From assembly GCA_017451295.1 (NCBI GenBank), contig JAFSPW010000049.1:1-63566 (forward strand): 63,566 nt of DNA. The letters run 5' to 3'. This document shows positions 56,190-63,566 of this stretch, piece by piece (the stretch's first letter is position 1; each line of letters opens with the position of its first letter). Made by a program: the position numbers and the translations under genes. The notes below the pieces were generated by a model that worked only from the letters and a program-made list of their open reading frames with translations, had not been told where the DNA came from and searched no databases. This stretch comes from Clostridia bacterium. GTDB lineage: Bacteria; Bacillota; Clostridia; Christensenellales; CAG-138.

Positions 56190-57972
56190 CACCTTTATGG
56201 CAAATAGCGCCGTGGCTCATGAGCCGCCCGCCGTGCCTGAACAGAAGCCCGCCGCCGTCCGTCCGGCAGAGAAGCCCATACCAGAGGGGCAGCGCAACAG
56301 CACCCTCTCCCACCTTGCCGGGAAGCTCATTTTGCGCTACGGCAACACACAGGAGGCCGGGAAAATCTTCCTTGAGAAGGCAAAGGCGTGCGACCCGCCG
56401 CTGCCTCTAAATGAGCTTCGATCCATTTGGCGGAGCGCCGTAAAGTTCGGGCAAACGGTCTCTGCCCATGAAAGCTACATTCCGCCCGAGCAGTACAGCG
56501 ACCCCACCTGCTGCAAGCCCGACGACTATACGGATGTGGGCCAGGCCTACGCTTTTAGTAAGCAATGCCGGGACTTTGTGCGCTACTCCCCCGCCACGGA
56601 CTACATCGTCTATGACGGCATCTGCTGGCGGGAATCGAAGCCCCGTTCCCAGAAGGCCATGCAGCAGTTCACCGATGCCCAGCTTGCCGAAGCGGACCTG
56701 TGGCTGCAGCAGATAGAAGCGCGCCTCACTTCTACCGGCGCAAGCGCCCTTTTGGAGCAGCGGGGCAAGAAGGCCGAGGACTATATGACCCCGGAGCAAA
56801 AAGCCGCCTACGCCGCCTATCAGGACGCCCAGGCCTACCGCAAGTTCGTGCTCCAGCGCCGGGACTCGAAGTATCAGATGGCGACCCTGCGCGAAGCACG
56901 GCCGATGGTGGAGATAGACTATCGGGAGCTCGATAAGGACGGGTTTTTGCTCAACACCCCGGCGTATACGGTGGATTTGCGGCTCGGCATGGAGGGAAAG
57001 CGGGACCACAGGGCGGAGGACTTTCTCACCAAGTGCACCGCCGTCACGCCCGGGGAGGAGGGAGCGGCGCTGTGGGAGGAGGCGCTTATGGCCTTCTTCT
57101 CAGAGGATGAGCAAATGATAGCCTATGTGCAGCGGATTGCGGGGCTTGCCATCATCGGGCATGTGTACATCGAGGCCCTGATCATCGCCCACGGGGACGG
57201 CAAGAACGGCAAATCCACCTTCTGGAACGTGCTTTCGCGGGTCCTGGGCGACTACAGCGGCAGCATCTCCGCCGACGCCCTGACCGTGGGCTGCAAGCGA
57301 AACGTGAAGCCGGAGCTCGCGGAGACGAAGGGCAAGCGGCTGCTGATTGTGGCGGAATTGGAGGAGGGCATGCGGCTAAACACCTCCGTTGTGAAGCAAT
57401 TTTGCTCCACGGACGAGATACTCGCCGAGAAGAAGTACAAGGATCCCTTCACCTTCACGCCCACGCACACGCTCGTGCTCTATACGAACCATCTGCCAAA
57501 GGTCGGCGCCAACGACCCCGGCACCTGGCGCAGGCTCATCGTGGTGCCGTTCACCGCCCATATGCAGGGCAGCGGGGACATCAAAAACTATGCCGACTAT
57601 CTGTTTGAGAACGCCGGTCCCGCCATCCTCGCCTGGATGATAGAGGGCGCAAGGCTCGTCATAGCGGAACACTTTCACATCCAGCAGCCCAATTCCGTGC
57701 AGGCGGCCACGGAGCAGTACCGGCTAAATAGCGACTGGCTGGAGGGTTTTCTCGATGAGTGCTGTGAAATAGATGAAAGCTACTCGGCTAGCTCCGGGGA
57801 ACTCTACACGGCCTATCGGGCCTACTGCGCCCGCACCGGCGAGTATGCCCGGACCAGAATCGACTTCTGTGCCGCTATCGACCTTGCCGGGTTTACGAGA
57901 GAAAAGACCAGAAAAGGCCGCTTTGTAAACGGCCTTCGGCTGCGAAGCGACCTCCCCTTCCCCCATGTGTGA
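56176..57972 (+). CDS. Phage/plasmid primase-helicase, P4/D5 family (PriCT-1, D5_N and SF3 helicase domains)
   Basis: IPEGQRNSTL, CDPPL, GDGKNGKSTF Walker A, ELEEG, LYTNHLP, GTWRRL.VVPF. Confidence 0.9.
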   Translation, partial: RMNLNTFMANSAVAHEPPAVPEQKPAAVRPAEKPIPEGQRNSTLSHLAGKLILRYGNTQEAGKIFLEKAKACDPPLPLNELRSIWRSAVKFGQTVSAHESYIPPEQYSDPTCCKPDDYTDVGQAYAFSKQCRDFVRYSPATDYIVYDGICWRESKPRSQKAMQQFTDAQLAEADLWLQQIEARLTSTGASALLEQRGKKAEDYMTPEQKAAYAAYQDAQAYRKFVLQRRDSKYQMATLREARPMVEIDYRELDKDGFLLNTPAYTVDLRLGMEGKRDHRAEDFLTKCTAVTPGEEGAALWEEALMAFFSEDEQMIAYVQRIAGLAIIGHVYIEALIIAHGDGKNGKSTFWNVLSRVLGDYSGSISADALTVGCKRNVKPELAETKGKRLLIVAELEEGMRLNTSVVKQFCSTDEILAEKKYKDPFTFTPTHTLVLYTNHLPKVGANDPGTWRRLIVVPFTAHMQGSGDIKNYADYLFENAGPAILAWMIEGARLVIAEHFHIQQPNSVQAATEQYRLNSDWLEGFLDECCEIDESYSASSGELYTAYRAYCARTGEYARTRIDFCAAIDLAGFTREKTRKGRFVNGLRLRSDLPFPHV

Positions 57973-58064
57973 CGCATGTGACGCTCAATACATAAAACTA
58001 GTATAGGGCGATTTTTAATTTTTAATCTAAAAAAAAGTTAGGAAATGAGCGTCACGTGCGTCAC
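57969..58064. other. Origin-like inverted repeat after the primase gene
   Basis: GTGACGCATGTGACGCTCA ... AT-rich core ... TGAGCGTCACGTGCGTCAC. Confidence 0.6.
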
Positions 58065-58780
58065 GCTTTAGCGATGCGGACGGCCTTGTCCGGGTAGTTG
58101 GTGATGATGCCGATGTTGTACTTAGCGCAAAGGGCCATGGTCTGCTCATCGTTCACCGTCCAGGGGTTGATGCCGATGCCCGCCTGCAGCGACCCCTCGA
58201 TCAGCCCCGGCAGCAGGAGCGTGCGATAATGGGGATGGATGAACTTAGCCCCGAGACTCGCGGCGTACTTCCAGGGTTCATAGAGCCCGTCGCTGTAGAG
58301 GATGCCGAAAGGGGACTTCGGGGACAGGGCCTTGAGCTCCATCAGCGTATAGTGGTTAAAGGAGGAGTAGATGAGGCGGCCCGTCATGTGCTTCTGTTCT
58401 TCCAGCTTCAAGAGCTTCTCGACGATGCCCGGGTATAAGGCCTCATCCGTCTTTATCTCCACATTTATGACGTGGGAGGTGTTTTGAATTAGGTCATACA
58501 CTTCCCCAAGGGTGGGAATCCGTGCGCCCGAAAAGCCCTCCATGCCATTGGAGGCGTTGAGGGCCTTTAGCTCCTGCAAAGTGAAGCTCCCCACCGAGCC
58601 GGTGCCGTTGGTGGTTCTATCCACCCGCTCGTCGTGGATGACGACCAGCTCCCCGTCAAGGCTTAGGTGTACGTCGAGTTCAAACCCGTCCGCACCCATA
58701 TCCATGGCAAGCCGGAAGGCTTCCAGCGTGTTCTCCGGCGCATAGCCCGATGCGCCCCGGTGAGCTAAGATGAGCGACAT
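58061..58780 (-). CDS. Glycerophosphodiester phosphodiesterase
   Basis: AHRGASGYAPENT, ELDVH, HDERVDRTT, NVEIK, WTVN, IITNYPD. Confidence 0.93.
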   Translation of the reverse strand: MSLILAHRGASGYAPENTLEAFRLAMDMGADGFELDVHLSLDGELVVIHDERVDRTTNGTGSVGSFTLQELKALNASNGMEGFSGARIPTLGEVYDLIQNTSHVINVEIKTDEALYPGIVEKLLKLEEQKHMTGRLIYSSFNHYTLMELKALSPKSPFGILYSDGLYEPWKYAASLGAKFIHPHYRTLLLPGLIEGSLQAGIGINPWTVNDEQTMALCAKYNIGIITNYPDKAVRIAKA

Positions 58781-58812
58781 AGTCCGCCTCCTGTGTCTGT
58801 TTTTCGCTAATT

Positions 58813-60174
58813 TTACTGCTTTTTCCGCTTTGCCAGGGCTTTTTTGGCCCTTTTCATACCCGCGGGGGACACGGCCTGCTGCAAAACGGCCTCGTGGAAC
58901 TGCTCCTCCCGGCGGCTTAGGGCATCGACCTTGCTCGGCTGGATATCCCCGGACTTGGTGAGCGCCCACTTTGTGAGCATGGGGCCGACAAGCTCATAGA
59001 TGAGCACGCTAAAGAGGATGATATTCTTGATGAGAGCGCCGTCCGTCGTGCCGAGGCTGGCGGCGGTGACGCACATGCCGAGCGCCACGCCCGCTTGCGG
59101 CAGGAGCGTGATGCCGAGATACTTCTTCACCTTCTCGTCACAGCCCGTGGCGCCTGAGCTAACATAGGCGCCAAGGTACTTGCCAAGCGAGCGCGCAAGG
59201 ATATATGTGATGCCGACTAAAATGGCGTAGCGGTTAGAAAGAATCCCCAAGTCAAGCTCTGCGCCGCTTAACACGAAGAACAGCGCAAACAGCGGGGCGG
59301 TCCATTTGTCCGCCCGTTCCATCAGATCGTGGGCGAGCGGGCAGATGTTGCAGAACACGGTGCCAAGCATCATGCACACCAATAGCGTGGAAAAGCCCAC
59401 CTGCACGGGGCCGATTTGAAATTTCACCATGGAGAGCCCGACCGTGAGCACCACGAAGGCGATGGTGAGCGAAAGGCGGTTGGAGTTAGAAAAGAACGTG
59501 CGTTCGAGCTGCGTCAGCACCCAGCCCATGAGCGCGCCAAGAAGGAGCGAGGCCGTAATCTCGATGAGCGGCTCAACAAGAATCCCCACGATGTCCGTGC
59601 TGCCGGTGACCATGGCGCTTGCCATGCCGAAGCTGATAGCAAACACCACAAGGCCCACCGCATCGTCAAGGGCCACCACGGGCAAGAGGATATCCGTCAG
59701 CTTCCCCTTCGCCTTATACTGCCGCACGACCATGAGCGTGGCCGCCGGGGCGGTGGCCGTGGCGATGGCGCCCAAGACGATGGCGGCTTCCACGGAGAGC
59801 ATCTTAGGCAGGACAAGGTGGAGAACCAGCAACGCCCCGTCCACCAAAATGGTGGCGGTGAGGGCCTGCGCGATGCCGACGGTCACGGCCTGCTTGCCGA
59901 TGGTCTTTAGCTGGGAAAGCAAAAACTCGTTGCCGATGGAGAAGGCGATAAAGCCCAGGGCCGTGTTCGTGATGGCGGAATAGTTTTCCACCTCCGCCAC
60001 GGAAGAAAAGCCGAGCCCGGGTATATGGAGCCGCCCCAAAAAGGTGGGGCCGACCAAGAGACCTGCGATCAAGAACGCCGTCACATCCGGCAGGTGCAGA
60101 TGCAAGAGCTTAAACACACGGGTCATCAGCAGCCCAATCAACAAAGCGAGGGCGCATGAAAGCAGCGCAACCAT
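58813..60174 (-). CDS. Cation:proton antiporter (CPA family)
   Basis: ALGFIAF.IG.EF, ATAPAAT, VALDDA, LPQAGVALG. Confidence 0.9.
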   Translation of the reverse strand: MVALLSCALALLIGLLMTRVFKLLHLHLPDVTAFLIAGLLVGPTFLGRLHIPGLGFSSVAEVENYSAITNTALGFIAFSIGNEFLLSQLKTIGKQAVTVGIAQALTATILVDGALLVLHLVLPKMLSVEAAIVLGAIATATAPAATLMVVRQYKAKGKLTDILLPVVALDDAVGLVVFAISFGMASAMVTGSTDIVGILVEPLIEITASLLLGALMGWVLTQLERTFFSNSNRLSLTIAFVVLTVGLSMVKFQIGPVQVGFSTLLVCMMLGTVFCNICPLAHDLMERADKWTAPLFALFFVLSGAELDLGILSNRYAILVGITYILARSLGKYLGAYVSSGATGCDEKVKKYLGITLLPQAGVALGMCVTAASLGTTDGALIKNIILFSVLIYELVGPMLTKWALTKSGDIQPSKVDALSRREEQFHEAVLQQAVSPAGMKRAKKALAKRKKQ

Positions 60175-60216
60175 AAACTAAACCTCCTGTGCTATCGCAC
60201 AAAGGTGTATCTTAGC

Positions 60217-60522
60217 CTATTGCGGCGGCAAAGTCAAGTCCGGCGACTGGGTCGGGGTAAAATACTGCACCTCGGGGACGGGTGTCTGCACCTGGGGCTC
60301 GGCCGTGGGGGTGGGCTCCGTGCTCTTGGGCGCCACGTACCCTTCCGCCTTCAGGAAAAAGAGCGTGTTATCCCAGATGGCGGTCAGGTGCTCGCTGGTA
60401 GAAAAGACCCAGGCCGAGAGGTTCCCGGAGATGAAGCCCTTTTCGTTCACCTTTACGAGGGCGAAAAAGCCCACCGCCAGCACGAGAACGACGGTGCCGA
60501 TGGCTCTTGTCAATGTTTTCAT
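60217..60522 (-). CDS. Small membrane-anchored hypothetical protein
   Basis: N-terminal TM helix, Pro/Thr-rich tail, AGGAAG RBS. Confidence 0.6.
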   Translation of the reverse strand: MKTLTRAIGTVVLVLAVGFFALVKVNEKGFISGNLSAWVFSTSEHLTAIWDNTLFFLKAEGYVAPKSTEPTPTAEPQVQTPVPEVQYFTPTQSPDLTLPPQ

Positions 60523-60577
60523 GTTCGCTTACTTCCTTTTATAAACGGTATGCATAGTGTATCACAGGGGCGGCAGA

Positions 60578-61756
60578 CTAATCAAAAAGATTGTGTGAAA
60601 TAGTCATGACCTCCGTGTTACGGATGGCCGTGTCCATGAGCGGCTCAAAGTCCACGAGCGCTTCGCTCTCGCGGAGCTTTTGCACGCTCGGCCTTGTCAC
60701 CGGGTGCTGGGGCACGAACACCGTGCAGCAGTCCTCATAGGGCAAAATGGAGGTTTCAAACGTGCCGATGCGCTGGGCGCGGTCGATAATCTCCTCCTTG
60801 TCAAAGCCGATGAGGGGACGGAACACCGGCATGTCCACCGCATCGTTGGTGACGGCGAGGCTCTCGATGGTTTGGCTTGCCACCTGCCCAAGGGACTCCC
60901 CGGTGATCAGCGCCTGAGCGCCGCAATCTTTGGCAATTCGCTCGGCAATCTTCATCATCAGCCGCCGCATGAGGACCGTCGTTTCGCTCGATGGGCACTT
61001 ATCATAGATGGTGGTCTGAATCTCTGTGAAGGGGACGAGATAGAGGTCAAAGCTCCCGGCGTATTGGGAGACGATTTTGGCAAGCTCCACGACCTTGTCC
61101 CTTGCCCGCTCGCTCGTGTAGGGGTAGCTGTAAAAGTGCACGGCGGCTAAGCTCACGCCGCGCTTGGCGATCATGTACCCGGCGACGGGGCTGTCGATGC
61201 CGCCGGAAATCAGCAGCATTGCCTTGCCGTTGGTCCCCACGGGCATACCCCCGGCGCAGGGCAGTTCCCCGGTATACACAAACGCAAGATCCTGCCGGAT
61301 TTCGACCGTGACCGGCACCTTAGGGCAGTGCACGTCCACCTTCAGGTTTTCATAGGCCGTGAGCAGCTCATGCCCGAGCTCCCGGCAAAGCTGCTCGGAA
61401 GTCAGGGGGAAGCGCTTGTCCGCGCGGCGAGCAAAGACCTTGAAGGTGGCTCCGTCCTTGGCATAGGGCGCCATCAGGGCAATGGCCGCCTTGGTAATCT
61501 CCCCAAAGTCCTTCTCACAGCAGGCGGCGATGCACACGGAGTGGATGCCGAACACCTTTTGGAGGCGCTTTGCGTACTCGTCCATATTCTCTTCGGGTAA
61601 GTCGTACACGAAGATACGGCCCTGCTCCCGCACCACCCGGGGGTGGGCGTCTGAGAGCACTTCTTCAATCTTCTCGACCAACTTTCGCTCAAAGTAGGGG
61701 CGGTTGAGGCCCTTTAGGTGAATCTCGGCATATTTTACGACCAAGGCGCTGTTCAT
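60578..61756 (-). CDS. thiI: tRNA 4-thiouridine synthase ThiI
   Basis: EIHLKGLNR, THUMP domain, SGGIDSPVA PP-loop, TGESLGQVASQT, PYEDCC. Confidence 0.95.
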   Translation of the reverse strand: MNSALVVKYAEIHLKGLNRPYFERKLVEKIEEVLSDAHPRVVREQGRIFVYDLPEENMDEYAKRLQKVFGIHSVCIAACCEKDFGEITKAAIALMAPYAKDGATFKVFARRADKRFPLTSEQLCRELGHELLTAYENLKVDVHCPKVPVTVEIRQDLAFVYTGELPCAGGMPVGTNGKAMLLISGGIDSPVAGYMIAKRGVSLAAVHFYSYPYTSERARDKVVELAKIVSQYAGSFDLYLVPFTEIQTTIYDKCPSSETTVLMRRLMMKIAERIAKDCGAQALITGESLGQVASQTIESLAVTNDAVDMPVFRPLIGFDKEEIIDRAQRIGTFETSILPYEDCCTVFVPQHPVTRPSVQKLRESEALVDFEPLMDTAIRNTEVMTISHNLFD

Positions 61757-61758
61757 GT

Positions 61759-62904
61759 TTATCTTCTCCTATATCTTCTTAAAAATTTTACCTGTTCAAC
61801 AATAGCTTCCGACACGGTGTCCATCTCCTCCTGGGTGTTAAAGGGGCAGAGGCTAAAGCGGATGGCGCCCTCCTGCCGGGGACCTATGATACCGGCGGCG
61901 GTCAGAATCCGGTTCTTCCCCGCCTTGTGGGCCGCACAGGCGGAGCCCGTGGACACGCAGATATCAAACTGCTCAAGGGCGTGCAGCAGCACCTCGCCGC
62001 GAACGCCGAGAAAGGAGAGGCTCAGAATGTGGGGCGCGGCTACATCCGGCGACGGGCCGTTGAGAAGCACATCGGGTATGCTCATTAGGTTCGTATAGAG
62101 CCGTTGCTTGCACGCGCGCATGTTCTGCCGCCAGGCGGTTAGGTTCTGCTCATAGACCTGCTCCGCCGCCGCCATGCCCAAAATGCCCGGCACGTTCAGG
62201 GTACCCGAGCGCAGGTTCCCCTCCTGCCCGCCGCCGATTTGCCCGCCGCCAAAGCGGGCGCCGCTGCGGTGGTAGAGGAAGCCGATGCCCTTGGGGGCGT
62301 GGAACTTGTGGGCGGAGACGGAATAAAAGTCCATGTCAAGGCCACGGCTGTCCACCTTGAGATACGCCTGTACGCCGTCCACATGGAAAACCGCACGCGG
62401 CGCCAAGGCGCGAATGAGGCGGGCGGCGGCGTTCACATCCGTCACGGTGCCAAGCTCGTTGTTCACATGCATCATGGACACGAGGGCCGTATCCTCCGTC
62501 AGGGCCGCCCTAAGGGCCTGCAAATCCGGATACCCCTGCTCACTCACAGGCAGGATGACGATCGTTGTGTCGGGGCTGTTTTCAAGAGACAGCACCGCCT
62601 CATACACGGACGGGTGCTCCACCGCCGTGGTGATGATGCGCTTTTTTCCCCGCCAACCCTTAAGGCTCCCGAAGATGGCGGTGTTGTTGCTCTCGGTGCC
62701 GCCGGAGGTGAAGATGAGCTGTTCCCGCCTGACCCCGAGGGGCCGACTAAGGGCGGCACGGGCTTGGTCCACCCTCTTTTCGGTACGGGAGCCCAGGGCA
62801 TAGGCGGCTGCGGGGTTGAAAAACCCGTCCGTCATGGCCTGATAGGCCGCATCCGCCGCCTGGGGCAGAACCCGGGTAGTGGCGCTGTTATCTAAATAAA
62901 TCAT
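61759..62904 (-). CDS. Cysteine desulfurase (IscS/NifZ-like partner of ThiI)
   Basis: IYLDNSATT, FTSGGTESNN, HVNNELG, SAHKFHAPKG, STGSAC. Confidence 0.93.
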   Translation of the reverse strand: MIYLDNSATTRVLPQAADAAYQAMTDGFFNPAAAYALGSRTEKRVDQARAALSRPLGVRREQLIFTSGGTESNNTAIFGSLKGWRGKKRIITTAVEHPSVYEAVLSLENSPDTTIVILPVSEQGYPDLQALRAALTEDTALVSMMHVNNELGTVTDVNAAARLIRALAPRAVFHVDGVQAYLKVDSRGLDMDFYSVSAHKFHAPKGIGFLYHRSGARFGGGQIGGGQEGNLRSGTLNVPGILGMAAAEQVYEQNLTAWRQNMRACKQRLYTNLMSIPDVLLNGPSPDVAAPHILSLSFLGVRGEVLLHALEQFDICVSTGSACAAHKAGKNRILTAAGIIGPRQEGAIRFSLCPFNTQEEMDTVSEAIVEQVKFLRRYRRR

Positions 62905-63137
62905 ACAAAGGCCTTTCTGTGCTTTTTGTGGTATAGCTATCCTATGCAAGGGGGCTTAGGCCCGTCACCCGTGGGCCGCCCCTATTTATACCATATAAAT
63001 GGAAAAGGCACAACGAATACGGCCCACCTAAAACACGATTGTTTACACATTCGTCATCTATCGGCAACAAAACCGATACAAACCTTCCGTATAATTTATT
63101 ATGTTTCTATGTGAAATTTTGTCAAGGAGGACATTGT

Positions 63138-63566
63138 ATGATTTGTAAAGAGTGCGGGGCCTATAACCCCGACCATGCCGCCTTCTGCAAGGTCTGCGCC
63201 GCAAATCTGAAGGAACAGCAGGACATGCCCGAGGCCGAAGAAAAGGCCGAGGAGCAGCAAGCGCCCCGGCCCGAGAAGGGCAGCGTGCAGGCGCCGGATT
63301 TCTCCGCCCCGAAGAACAGAACCTTTGCGCCGATGGCAAAGGAAGCCGCCGAGGAAGCGGAAGAGGACGTGGAAGTGGAAGAAACCGAGCCCGAGCAGGA
63401 AGCCCCTACAGCCAAGAGCCGGTTGTCCCGCCGCAGCTTTGCTAAAACCCCCGTCGCTGACGAAGAGGACGACGAGTATGACGACGACGATGAATATGAC
63501 GACGATGATGAATATAACGAAGACGAGGACGAGGACGAGGATGTGAAGCCCGCCCGCAAGTCTTCC
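63138..63566 (+). CDS. Zinc-ribbon N-terminal protein with acidic low-complexity region (runs off the window)
   Basis: AAGGAGG RBS; MICKECGAYNPDHAAFCKVCAANL, then E/D-rich repeats. Confidence 0.8.
   Translation, partial: MICKECGAYNPDHAAFCKVCAANLKEQQDMPEAEEKAEEQQAPRPEKGSVQAPDFSAPKNRTFAPMAKEAAEEAEEDVEVEETEPEQEAPTAKSRLSRRSFAKTPVADEEDDEYDDDDEYDDDDEYNEDEDEDEDVKPARKSS

Noticed and set aside
63460-63545. GACGAC/GATGAA tandem repeats as a DNA repeat element
   Set aside because: They encode an Asp/Glu-rich low-complexity stretch of the final ORF.

Overview
A 63.6-kb chromosomal window from a moderately GC-rich clostridial (Bacillota) genome. Most of it is housekeeping: miaB-mutS-mutL-miaA-ynbB, a Xer-like recombinase, rnhA, a two-component system, a class A PBP, smpB/ssrA, secG-gpmI-tpiA-pgk, ruvCAB, arcC, mntP, mgtE and iscS-thiI, plus four tRNAs and tmRNA. 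The most unusual feature is a family of about 170-180 bp multi-branched palindromic elements. Each has 4 forward core motifs and 4 inverted core motifs separated by small hairpins that vary in sequence but keep their pairing. Three copies (core GGTGAAATC) sit directly behind the CCA end and terminator of tRNA-Ala, tmRNA and tRNA-Leu. A fourth copy has a different core (AATGATGY) but the same geometry, and follows a CCA plus terminator identical to that of tmRNA. Each element heads accessory cargo: a vat-like acetyltransferase, a zinc-ribbon nuclease with a HEPN-like partner, membrane proteins, and an Avd-like four-helix-bundle gene. No integrase lies in these cassettes, and tRNA/tmRNA 3'-end fragments punctuate them. 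Other notable signals are a perfect 14-6-14 dif-like palindrome over the promoter of the Xer gene, DnaA-box clusters (one inside the mutS coding sequence), a leader peptide before mgtE, a yybP-ykoY riboswitch before a truncated Na/Pi transporter, and an orphan split P4-type primase with an ori-like inverted repeat. All calls come from reading the sequence; no searches were run.
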